Below are positions 12,935-24,755 of a stretch of 64,000 bases of DNA, piece after piece. Numbering within the stretch: position 1 is the first letter of the stretch; each line of letters begins with the position of its first letter. The notes beneath the pieces are model-generated. The model was not told the DNA's origin, did not search any database, and saw only the letters and a list, made by a program, of their open reading frames with translations. The position numbers and the translations under genes are program-made. Source of the stretch: Ostrea edulis (taxonomy: Eukaryota); assembly GCF_947568905.1 (NCBI RefSeq), contig NC_079165.1, forward strand, positions 25,544,001 through 25,608,000. Direction: 5' to 3'.

Positions 12935-13696
12935 ATCTGAGTGTCTGTTTTCATATCCATGTAACGTGTGTCTCTAGTACTTAATACATTCTAAGGAACT
13001 AAAGATCATGCACCCAATGTTGGGAATGAACTAAGTAAACTTAATTTGTACACTTTTAATGCGATATAGTTTTAGACTTTTTTTTCATTAATGTATATTA
13101 AATATGCGCATGCCAAATATACAGCTTTTAAGAATAAAGATATGCAATCAAAATACTTTAGAGAGTACTGGTGCTAGTTTTCGCAATAAAAAGAAGAAAG
13201 AAAAAAGCGGGAGCTTTCATAGGCTTTGTCCCCTGGAACCACCCAGGACTTTGTCCTGGACTTACTGAGGTCTAAAGGCGGTCTTTAGACCCACCCACCC
13301 AGCAATTTCTCCGGGCCCCAAACTGAAATATTGCACCCACCTCTGAATACAATACATAATTCATGATTATCTTGCCTTAAAATCAACAAATGTAAATTCA
13401 TGTAATACTACACAATTGTCTATTACTTAAATGTGGCCATTTGCACGGATCTTGAGAGATAATTCAATTATCCCCTAGATTATAACGCGAGAATCGGAAG
13501 GATAGAGCCAGTCAGACAGCAGAAAGGCATGCGCATTTGAACGCGTGTAGATTCTTCTTTTCCAATATAATTTCATACTAGAGCATTACACACCCGTTTT
13601 TTTTTTGTCAAACTGCGTTTTGGAAATCTTAAAATCTTCAATTCAAAATACCCAGTCTAAGCTTCGATGATTCGGGCTGTATGAACTTCGTAATAT

Positions 13697-15259
13697 CAGG
13701 GGCGGGTCCAGGAAATGCGGTTACAGGGAGGGGGCGCCACTTTATGAGGCAGGGGGTCCGGGGGCCGCCTTGAGGCCCACAGTGGACCCAGAGCAAAGTG
13801 CTGGTGGTAGCTCCGGGATTTTACAGGGCTTGAAATATGTCTCCTATTTAGTCATTTGTGAAATTAATAAAATGACTCAAATTTTATGGGTTTTAGAACA
13901 AAATTAAGTTCTCCCAATAAAGTAATGCAAGAAATCAAAAGATTTTGTCATTTATTTCTCCGGGAGTGGAAGAAATTATTGCTTCTTTTATCGTTTAGTA
14001 CATTTTTTTAAACAAGATACCGCGATTTACCTTAAATTTGAAAATTTTAGGTGGGGGGTTGCACTGAATATAGGTGTATGGAAATGTATAGATCTATGTG
14101 CGTGCATTTTAATAACCAATTGGGACTTCACTTCAGAGTAACACAAACTGGGACTAAAGCATGCAATTCCTAACACTAAAAGCTGGTCTGAATCCCCCCC
14201 CCCCCCCACTCGCTTATATACCCTACAAAATTTACCTGCAATATTACATAGTATTTACTAATGTCAATTTATATACATGTAAGTTCTTTTCATTAAAAAC
14301 ATGGAATTTACAAATGGATGAAAAATACAAATTTCACTACATAGACTTAGGTGTACAAGTGGTTTTCGTCAAGTTTCCGCACTCATTTTTCATCTTGAAA
14401 GCTTTCTCCCTGCAAAAACTTGGTGTGTCCTGCTGAAACTTGACATATCTACGTTGTTTTCAAGTAGTTTCCGCAACGAAAATTTGCTGAAAGCTGATCA
14501 AGTTTGCGTAAATTTCGGTTTGCAGAAACTGTTCTGTTTTAGTATGCACGTTGCTATATTGATAGTCTACCGCAAAGTTTTGATAAGTTTCCGCAATATT
14601 TTAGTTCTGTATCAGTTTGTACAATATGGTGTATACCAATTTTCAGCTTTGTGGAAACTTACTGAGACTTTATCATCGCCATGTAATTATAATAGGATGT
14701 TTGTGTTGCAATCAATATATAGAATTTTTAAAAAGATAACTGAAAACACTCGGACTAAATGCAAAGACAGCCTGTTACATGTATATTATAATTTGCGGAA
14801 TGTGTTTTTCCCCTTTCGTTGTTAGTCTCACCCCCTCCGTTTGGAGGGATGGTGGTGGTGGTGGTGTCCATTTGTACTAATGAAGTATCACCTATAAGGT
14901 GTCAGTATATTCTGGTAGATTATTGCAATATACATCAGTGGCGGATTTAGAGGTGGCGCAGGCGGAGAAATAAATGACAAAATCTTTTAATTTTTTTAAT
15001 TACTTTATTGGGAGAACTTAATATTTTCCCAAAAAACCCTTAAAATTTGGGTCATTTTGTTAATTTCACCTTATTAAAATGATAGAAAATACATGTAATA
15101 CAAATGACTAAATAGGAGAAATATTTCAAGCCCCATAAAATTTGTAAAACCCAGGAGTTTCCGGGGGCTTCGCCCCCTGGGCCCCAACCAGGGCTTCGCC
15201 ATGGACCCACTGCCTCATAAAGTGGCGCCCCGTAACCACAATTCCTGGACCCGCCCCTG
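13697..15259. mobile_element. Non-autonomous DNA transposon with long TIRs (CAGGGGCGGGTCCAGG...CCTGGACCCGCCCCTG)
   Basis: The terminal inverted match extends inward, e.g. AAGTTCTCCCAATAAAGTA at ~13907 versus TACTTTATTGGGAGAACTT at 15001. No clear TSD. Confidence 0.75.
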
Positions 15260-17172
15260 TACATGTAGATATGAGGAGATACTGTCTGTATAAGTTGATA
15301 GCTCATCAAACGCACCTCCTGCGATGTGAAAGTGAAAATAGCTGCAATCCTCGCCGGCGGAATTATGGTAAGGTTCAATTTCAGCAACTATTTGCGATAA
15401 TGTGCTCCACGAAGATTTCCTTAAAGATTACAATTATTCTAAATGAACCCTGTGCTTCCTAATCCCCGTAATGTAGTTCTTGTTCATCAGTGGCGGATCG
15501 AGAGGGTTGTAGTCACTCCACTTTACTTCCATAGTTTTAAACAAAACTTGTCATTTTACCAGTTTGAGATATTCACCCATCTTTGGGGCCGGGGCGGAAT
15601 AGGCTCAAACTTGGGTCGCAATCCGCTCATCCTTTAAACAATTCCTGGATGCGCCCTTGCCTGCACAGGCACCTTAAATATGGATATTACTACTCCCCCC
15701 CCCCCCCCCCACCTTTTTTTCATATTATTTTTGGTGGGAATAATTTCTCTGAAATGTATGAATTCGTAGTCTATTTCATCCCTCTTTCGATTCATGTACT
15801 CGTTTCACGCTTTTTTGTAAGCTTTAGAGATTGGCCTTCTACCGGTATAGAGATTGGCCTTCTACCGGTACAATAAAATTCATTTTATTATATACCAGTA
15901 GAAGGCCAATCTCTAAATACATGTATCCGTACTTCCGGTGCCTGTCCCCTTGCCCGTGGAGAACAATACGTAGAGTGCACTTGTAAATATATTACCATTT
16001 TGTCTGTAATGATATTTACGGGTGTATTCAATACCACCTCTTAATAAAAACACGGGGGGGGGGGGGGGGGGGTGGTGGTATCGTATAGACTCTCATTATT
16101 ATCATTACAGACAAAATTACCGGTTCCTGTGATTAGACAAATATTGATTTATGTTCACAAAATAAAAATTAAACCAAAATCGGAACCAGGAAAGCTTAAT
16201 TGATTCCCAACTACATGGAAATGGACATAAGATTTTAATAGTGATATTGTTTAGCTACAGTTCATAATGCATAAGATATAATTGCAAAAGTCTATCTGTT
16301 AGTTGGATAATATCTTGTATACAATATAAGAATTTCATAAGTTAACATCAGGGACCTATATACTAACTAGTATATAGGTTAACATCAACACTGTTCCAAG
16401 TATCTGATTTAAATCATTACTTCTTTTTACTGGCTAACAATTTATATTTCTATTAATTTGTCTTGAAAATGAAAAATCCATCGTACCACTGGACCTGTTC
16501 ATAAAATGAAATTGATCCAACTTCGCCCCAAAATCACAGATTAAACAGTGGCGGATCTAGACCTCACTGTGTGTGTGTGGAGGGGGGGGGGGCTTTTTTG
16601 GTCAAGAAAAGGAGATATGGTTTTGGTATTAAATGTTAATGAAAATTGAAACATCCATACTTCTTCATTATACTAGCCCGAATATTTAGAAATAATTGTC
16701 AAAGTGCACAAATGATCTTACAAAGATTTGGCCTAAAAGCAAAATATGCTTGACCTGGACCATTTAAATTGGCTTTAAAAGTGTTTCAGGTGTTTTCCCC
16801 CAAAAAGTCACTAAAATGATTTTAAAAGATTTGAGATGACCTTATAGAAATTAACAAATTTTGCACTAATCAAAATTTATAATCCATAGTTTTGAAATGT
16901 TTGAGTGGTATGAATGGTTGGTATGAGTGATTATATATCAATTGTACATCTTACCTTTAAAAGTATATATTATGATGCACTTAATTTCTATTTGTACAAA
17001 TAAATAAAAAAAAATTAAGCCTAAAAAAAAATAATTTAAAAAAATTATTATAATTCGAGGATTAATGTGCATTAAATTATACTTTGTTGTACAATATGAA
17101 AAAGGTACAAATTAAACAAATATTAGAAAGAGATTACATATCTTAATGGTAGTATAAGTTAACCACATTCAC

Positions 17173-17260
17173 TAGCTGCAGAATTGTAGCTCTCTGAGAA
17201 AATATTGGGACAGATCTGTACCAATTAATATTTTCTCAGAGAGCTACAGTTCTGCAGCTA
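17173..17260. repeat. 88-bp palindrome (MITE-like hairpin)
   Basis: TAGCTGCAGAATTGTAGCTCTCTGAGAAAATATT pairs with AATATTTTCTCAGAGAGCTACAGTTCTGCAGCTA; 34-bp arms, 1 mismatch. Confidence 0.85.
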
Positions 17261-20200
17261 TGCATTCACATGATTATGAATTTCACAATATTTCATATGA
17301 ATTTAAACGTAAAAATTAAAATGTATCCTTTGCCTTTGTATTGGGTGATGTACATGTATATTGCAACATAATTTTCAATGTTCATGCTGAGAATTGCTTT
17401 GCCATTATTTTCCAAATATTACCATATAAGCCTACAATATTACATATTATGTGTCAAATGAATTATTTATAATATTGACTGAAATAGCATGACATGTTGA
17501 TCATGATATGAAATGCTTATAAAAGTATTAGATGGCAAATTACAACCTCACAAAGTCATTCACCCAGTAATTGTAGATAAGGAACAATGAGAAACAAAGC
17601 CAGGGGCTTGCTGAGCTGTAAAGAACATCCCATGTGTATTATACACAGAGGGATTAGTTGGGGTAAAAGTCACAAGACAAAACCTGGGTACAGATATAAA
17701 AAAAAAAAAATGGACAAAGTGACCATGCAAGGACAAAGTCAATATTAGAAGTTTATTAAAGCATAATAACAAAATGTCACAGGACATAATACTGATTTTT
17801 ATATAAATTCAGGGGGGAAATCTGTTCCTTTTGTAAAGTTTACAAAAATGCATGTGTAAAATATATGTTATATTTTTTATGAGATTGTTTTTCAATTTTA
17901 AACTATAGATTTTGATAATTATTATTAAATGCTTATTCCTTTTATCATATCTATTGCAAAATATGAATTAAAATAGGATTTTCTTTTACTGATATAGAAT
18001 ACTAATAGGCTTTGTAATCATTGGGTTTACAAATTGCTACACAAGATCTGACATTTTTCACATAGCTTCTGCGTGCATGCATGTCATTTGATTCCATATC
18101 AACATATCAATTAATAAGCAAGATTCAAAATGTGAAATTACTTTGAACCAAAAAAAAACCAAAAAACACAACAAAAATCTTGATGACTGATAATCTGTAA
18201 TATGCATGATAGTTCAAATTTTCTTATGAATATATATGTATATCAAATGATATGTCAGAACAATCAATTTGCTATTATTGTACGTACATGTATATGCTTT
18301 CATAATTTTGCTGTTGTGTGATAATGAAATATTGTCAAATTTAAAAAAAAATGTGAAATTACAATTTAGTGTCCTTAGGTTTGTAATCAAGAATGAAGGA
18401 GTAAATGATAACCCAGTGGTGGATCCAGAAGGGGTGCTGGTTCAGGAAATTTTGCTAAAATAAAGTAAAAATAACACATTTTGAGGGTGGACCCCCTCCC
18501 TTGATAACCAAAATTAATGGTAAAATTCCCCTCTCTCAAAAATTCCTGGATCCATCCCTGTAAGCATTAGACAATCATTAATTTGTGATTCCATTATTCA
18601 TAATTTCTTCATTGGACACATGGAGGCCAACTCTCACATGTATGTATATAGACATAATTCCAATTATTTTGAAAATAAAGAGGTCAAAGTACCAAATTGA
18701 ATTCAATATAAAATATATAAAGAATATCTTATCATGGATATAAAGATTAAAACATTTCAATCATGTTAATTGATAGATTTTTAGGTCAATTGATTCTCTC
18801 ATGTGACCTATTGCTAGTGGTCAGCTTCTGTTGTGACAGTAAACAAAACATCAAGCTTGTAAATATCATGATTCCTAGGGTAGAAATTCTGACTCCAGGA
18901 GGAACCAAACTTGATATATAGTGTTTATGTGTAAAACATTTAAATTTAGATAACATCTTCCTTAATGCTATTGATGCTTTTAGGTAGAACAGGTAATTGT
19001 AAATTTCATGACCTCGATCAGTGATAATAATAATAAAATTTATATACATGCAGCCTTATATAAAACAGTTTATTACTCTAAGGTGTTTTACAAGGGCAAG
19101 AAGAGGAAATGCAACAATAAAATAGAATTAAATGACATTATGACAACTTATACATGTATCTGTAAATTAAATTATCAAAATAAAACACTATGATTAAGAT
19201 CAATAGCTAAAAGTTGGTTGGTTTTTGGGTGGGTTTTTTTTTTTTTTTTTTGGTATTTGATAATTAAAAACGCAGTTTATATATACATGTTAGAATCTAA
19301 AGGTTTTGATACTAGCTTTAAAATAGATGGAACCAAAATGGTCATAGTAATTACATGTCTTTATGATTTAAAAGAATCCTTCTTTAATTTTGTTGACACT
19401 AGAATATTATAAATGATGGATGCATTGTCAAGAAAAACAGAAAGATGTACAAAAATTGTGACACTTGCAACTCCAGGGTTCTGATTCAAGGTCAGATCCA
19501 AATAGTGTTAAAAGTGTATATCAAGTTTATAATTGTAAAATGTTTCATCAGTATAGATGATTTTGGGGGAATGAATTACACCTTATATTATACTTCTACT
19601 GAATATTAGAATTTAGCATATAAATGCATGCCTAGAGCAAGAAAAGTTACTGTATTATATAGATTTCATTCATATTGAGGTTAGTAATACTTTTAACTAA
19701 ATAACTCAGGTGACTGGTAAGGTCAGTGTCTTGTTGATATTTTTGATGTGTGTATGCATGTACGTGTATGTGTGCGTGTGTGTGTGAAATACAAAAAAAT
19801 CCAGAAAGATTTGTTTCAGAGTTTTGAGTAGTGATCAGTTTTAGCAATCATCAACAGCTAGGGTATGAATCTGTACACTCATCTTTGTTAATTTCTAAAA
19901 AGACTTAAATTGCATTTCAAAAGTAGTCAAGTGTTATGTGAAGGAGATTTGAGGAACAGATGTTCCTGCTGAATGTGTGTGATCATACATTTGGGGTGTC
20001 AATGGATGGAAAATCATCTGAAGATTGAAGTTTTGAAGAAATTGAAATACTTTTTTGAATATTAATCAATCTTATTTTCATTCTAAAATCATGTACTCAA
20101 AGGAATTTTCTTTCAATTACATATGTAAGTGCAATAAATTGAATTATTTTTCTATTTCTGACTTACATTTAAAACAGTTATGTTTGTCATTTTGTTTCTC

Positions 20201-21570
20201 AAAGTAGAAAATATTTTCATGTAGATTTTTCTTCCAAGATTATTATTCCTTAGATTTCAATTTAGAACATTCAAGTAAAAGAAAATAAGACTCTAAAAAA
20301 GGAGGTCTCCATGTGAATTGAGAGAAAGAAACGGAAATTATAAATTCTGTGGTGACATTAAATTTCATTTCATAATTTTGCCAGCTATAAAATAAGGTAC
20401 ATGTATGATATGAGATTCAGGGTGGTACATTTATGTGCATACATGTACCTTGTATCTCCAATTGAAAATTGATTGCTTTAAATCAATTTCAACATTATGA
20501 ATATCCTACAAAAGTAAAACATAATGAGATTTAAAGTTTAAAAAACACATTGTTTCACTCCTGAAACCTTGACCTCACATGGATATATATTGGTATTTAG
20601 TGTTGGTAGGTTTTGGTTCTTTTGGGGTGGATTTTGGATAATGTAGTGAATTTCAGTTAGTTGTAGCACAGTAACATGGAGTGAGCTTGCTTGCTTCCTG
20701 ATATCTAGTCAATCACTTTTTAAGACATACATATTTTCAAACTCGCATTGCACATATTTGTTTACATTTTTGTTAGAAGTGTTTTATATCCTCATTATAT
20801 ATCTCATCTTCATATATAGATGTGTATATTGTTTGCAAAAAGAGGAGACATCAAAATTCCTAATAAAAATGATAATTACATTTAAATCATAATTGTGCAC
20901 TTCATGTACTTTTTACATGCAAATTCATTTCATATAATTATATGGTTTTTGTACTTTCTGTCCATATCTGTAAGTATGTCTGTCACAAAGTCTTAAATTG
21001 TGCATTAAAATGCTTCTCCTCCTGTATGGATTATCTGATAAACTTGAAACTTTGTACAATGCTTCATTGCCATTTGCAGATGTGCACATTGTTGGGAGAG
21101 GATTTATTGTTATCCTAAAAGTTATAGTGGTTCGATCCAAGAGGGATGCGGGTGTAAAATAGCTTGTGACCATTTCTCCTAGTTGCAAACAATATTGGAG
21201 AGTCTTGAATTTTTTTTTTACAATACTTCATTATCATTTAATGATGTCTAGATTTCTCTGACCCAGGAATCTAATATTTTCCTAAAATCTACAGTGGATC
21301 AAAAACAAGTATTTTTAAGTGTTGTTTTTTTTACCCTTTATTGAATAATCTTTGTAAAATTGCATGTGCAAAAGTAAAGATGCTTTGAAAATTCAATTAC
21401 AAAATTAAACATTTCACTGGTTTGTTAAGGTACTTACTACACTAAAGCTTTATGACACTATGTTACAAGATGGCGATTTAAATGTTTTGGGAAAGTATTT
21501 GTATCGATCGATTTATTCGTCTATAACACGGTAGCTAAGTGGTTAATTAATAAAGCATTGGACAAGAGAC

Positions 21571-21602
<32 letters not shown>

Positions 21603-21946
21603 CATTGGGCTGGTGAACTACAGATCTTGAGCTCAAATCCACCAGTCTTTTGTTCATGTGTTGAAATACACACTTATTGTATATCTTCTGGATCTTTTTT
21701 AAAATATTAAATCAATTTGTACTGATTTGAAAAACTATTTCCCGGTGTAGTGAGCCACCTTAAATGTAAACATAAAAAGACTCCAGTCTTTGTTTACATA
21801 ACGCAGAATGAAGGCTAAAATATTGCTTTTATTCCTGCATCCAGAAGGTTAAAATTTTGGCTGTCAACACAGATTTAGTCATACTTTTCATGTTTAACAT
21901 TAAAAAAAAAATGAAAACAAAATTTTCAAAAGAAAAAACAAAAACG

Positions 21947-22053
21947 TAAACGTCCTGCTTGAGAATTTTTCACTTGTATGGAGACGTCACCATTGCCAGT
22001 GAAGGGCTGCAAAATTTAGGTCTATGCTCGGTGCTTATGCCCCTTTGAGCAGG
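21947..22053 (-). mobile_element. 3' fragment of the same SINE-like family as 12681-12934
   Basis: GAGAATTTTTCACTTGTATGGAGACGTCACCATTGCCAGTGAAGGGCT is the reverse complement of ~12845-12905. Confidence 0.65.
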
Positions 22054-22187
22054 TGTGGATTAATATTGTGTCACACATTTAGGTAATGTCATATAACTGT
22101 AAACAATGTCTCTAGAGGATTTGGGTGTTGCTCAACCGGAAATTTAATAAATTAATGCATAAGATTGGGTCATACTTCTTTTTGGAC

Positions 22188-23581
22188 TAGAACATCCAGG
22201 ACTGAACTTTCTTAAGGTCGAGATGTCTGTTAACCGTTTATTCGTATTTACCTGTCAAAGTCTTTTTGACGCTTAAGGTATAGGAGAAAGTACTTTGACT
22301 TCAGAATGAATGTGATTGTCAGAGGGAGAATGATGGACCGAAGCATGCATTTTGTAAAATGATTCTTGTGTTGTTAAATCTTCGAGAATCTTGTTGGAGA
22401 TGTCTGATTCGGTTCACGAAACAACTTAGCATCATCTAGCAGTAGCAGATTTCACCGTAAGCACTTAATTAACACTAATTTTAATATATTGTAACTGTAA
22501 GCTAGGCTATTCCAAAATTCCACAACATATCAGAGGAACCGATAATTTAGCCTGTACATAATGATAAGAGTAGGGGTATATACCACACACCCCTAATAAA
22601 AGCACTGGGATTACTGAATCAGAATGACAATTGGGGTGGGTGACGATAAAAGCAGAATTTTCGAATTATTTTGAAGCGAAGTTTTGAGTAAGAAATGGTG
22701 CCATTCCTTTTGGGTTATTTTTTTCATTGGGGATGGTACCATAAGGCGTACTATTATTATTACAGACAAAAATACCGGTTCCTGTGAATATTCACACCTG
22801 ACGACCTGTAAAGGGTTGTCAATAGTGAATATGAACAGCTGCATGTAAATAAGTTAGTGTTCTAACTGCATAATTTAATACCGTTCAATTTTATTCTGAT
22901 ATTTTTGTGATAGGGTTATATGTATACATTTAAAATTGCATGGGAAAGAGTTTAGTAATGCAGAGCTCTAATATAATTTAATTTCTCATGTTGTTTAGAC
23001 ATTTATCCATTAACACATGTATAGGTCTACATAATTTAGGAGTGTAATTACTAGATATAAAGTTAATGTCATTCCTTAGCTTGCAAGTACATTCTTAAGA
23101 ATCATGACAAACAACACTCTTTAAGATACAATTTTCTGCTTTATTACTGTATTCATGGGATAAAAGTCCCCATCCTGTGTTTTATTTGGGATATTTATTC
23201 CCATTCATGCTCAAATAGGATATTCACTGCCATTTCATGTTCATTATGGGACATTTCCTCCTATGGGACATTGTATCCCATTTTAAATTTAAATACGGGA
23301 GTTAAAATCCTATGGGAGAAATTATATTTTTTCTCCCATGGGATTTTTGGTGGGAGTGAAAATCCCCCAAGTGGGATTAAAAATCCCTCCAAAATCCCAT
23401 GGGATTTTTTGATTTCAGGTGAAATATCTTAAAAACTACAATAGTTACAAGTGTAAATGTTGGTGCATGTCTTGTGGACATAAAATCCCATCTTTTTTTG
23501 TAAAGGGTTTATTTGTATCCTTAATAAAAGGGTTGGCGAAACTCCGGACTTTTGTCGTGTCCGGAGTTAAATGTCGCACTG
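22188..23581 (-). repeat. Right inverted arm (~1.4 kb)
   Basis: Reverse complement of 2404-3920. Confidence 0.95.
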
Positions 23582-23735
23582 TTTTTTCAAGGTTTTCTTA
23601 CTAAGTGATACTACGACCTTGGCATCTTCCTCTCATCATGATGATCAAATGTAAAAAGTTGTAAAAAGTTCGGTCTGTATTTAGCTCACAAGGTCCGGAC
23701 AGACAGACGGACGACGCCATACCATAATACTTCGA
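23582..23735 (+). mobile_element. Right part of the HINE interrupted at 2403
   Basis: CAAGGTTTTCTTACTAAGTGATACTACGACCTTG continues the unit seen at 2250-2310. It ends in GGACAGACAGACGGACGACGCCATACCATAATAC, the same 3' motif as at 30025-30056. Confidence 0.65.
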
Positions 23736-23859
23736 TAAACATCTGATGCATATTTATACTTCTCTTTACGGTTTAGTAAATTTTAGGAAAAACTTAATCT
23801 AACATATCAATGTAAGTCATTGTCATATAAAACAACAGCAGAGATACAAAGATAAGATT

Positions 23860-24095
23860 ATGTCGAGTTTAAATAAAGAAATGCGAAATCGAACAGTCAG
23901 TATGCTGCAAGCAGGCGTTAGTCAGCGGGAGGTCGTAATACGTTTTAATCTTCATTCCTGTACAGTAAGCCGTTTGTTGTGACGATATCGTCAGACAGGA
24001 TCAATAAATGATCGCCCAGGACTGGTCTACCATTTGTGACAACGCTACGTCAACAAGCGTACACACGTCACTTGCGTGATGTTGCGACCACGGTG
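23860..24095 (+). pseudogene. Tc1/mariner transposase remnant (N-terminal paired-like HTH region)
   Basis: Translates as MSSLNKEMRNRTVSMLQAGVSQREVVIRFNLHSCTVSRLL*RYRQTGSINDRP, then after a frameshift TGLPFVTT. This matches the Tc1 N-terminal pattern MLQAG...RRxRxTG...DRPRSGRPxVT. A possible right end ...TGTTACAGTGTA lies near 24480. Confidence 0.75.
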
Positions 24096-24615
24096 AGGCA
24101 ATGGTAGGTCAAATCATCCTAGAATAGTACCTAGCTTATAGAATATTGAAACGTCAAGGGATCGGCTACAAATTGCAGTGGACCAGATAGAGGGTAAATC
24201 AATGTCAAAACTGGACATGAGGCTTGTTCTCCGACGATTCTCTATACATTTAACATACATATCAGCTAGTTAGTGTACCCACTCTTAAAATTGGTTAAAA
24301 GTAATGATTACATAAATCTAAACTAAAACTCAGTCTTTAAATATTTGACTCTCGTGTTTATTTTGACACCATTCATTTTGCAAATCATTTTATGCTATGG
24401 AAAATGCGCATTTTACTGGTAATTGTATCTTAGTTAAATGGTAGAATATTTACAAGTGTGTATTTGCCTTGTTACAGTGTATCTATGTATGATTGCACAA
24501 TATTTCCCCTCTACCAGTGCGCCCGAGTCTTGATAAATATATTATCCCGCGGTTCGCTAGTAAAAGCGGGAAAATGATGCATTCACGTTATAGTAGCGTG
24601 TTTTGATAAAGTTGT

Positions 24616-24737
24616 TGTAATGTTCCGGATTCCGCACGATTTGGTTTTGTATGTTAGTATATCTACTTCCGTAATAATTAGTTGTAACCGCATGGAGCTG
24701 CGTTATAACTCTGATTTATTCGAGTGAATACACAACA
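24616..24737 (+). repeat. 5' LTR (122 bp, TG...CA)
   Basis: TGTAATGTTCCGG...TACACAACA; differs from the 3' LTR by 2 substitutions, 1 internal indel and the terminal A. Confidence 0.95.
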
Positions 24738-24741
24738 TATC

Positions 24742-24755
24742 TGGCGATGAGGATG
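24742..24755 (+). other. Primer-binding site for tRNA-Ser(GCU)
   Basis: TGGCGATGAGGATG, 4 nt after the LTR. It is complementary to the tRNA-Ser(GCU) 3' end (PBS consensus TGGCGACGAGGATG) with one G-U wobble. The gag ATG (24747) overlaps it. Confidence 0.8.

Larger units (their letters stand above)
2404..23581. mobile_element. Putative giant (~21.2 kb) non-autonomous long-TIR DNA element with no transposase ORF detected
   Basis: Termini are CAGTGCGACATTTAACTC and GAGTTAAATGTCGCACTG. Inverted arms span 2404-3920 and 22188-23581. The two flanks rejoin into one HINE repeat unit. Confidence 0.65.

Noticed and set aside
16100-22180. Host gene exons captured inside the giant element
   Set aside because: I found no exon set with consistent splice phases or recognisable protein. 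ORF 20925-21188 looks like repeat-derived sequence. A lncRNA or short exons cannot be excluded without RNA data.
2404-23581. Polinton/Maverick or endogenous virus (size and long TIRs fit)
   Set aside because: No pPolB, integrase, ATPase or capsid ORFs are present, and no 6-bp TSD was found. The longest interior ORFs are ~120 aa and look non-coding.
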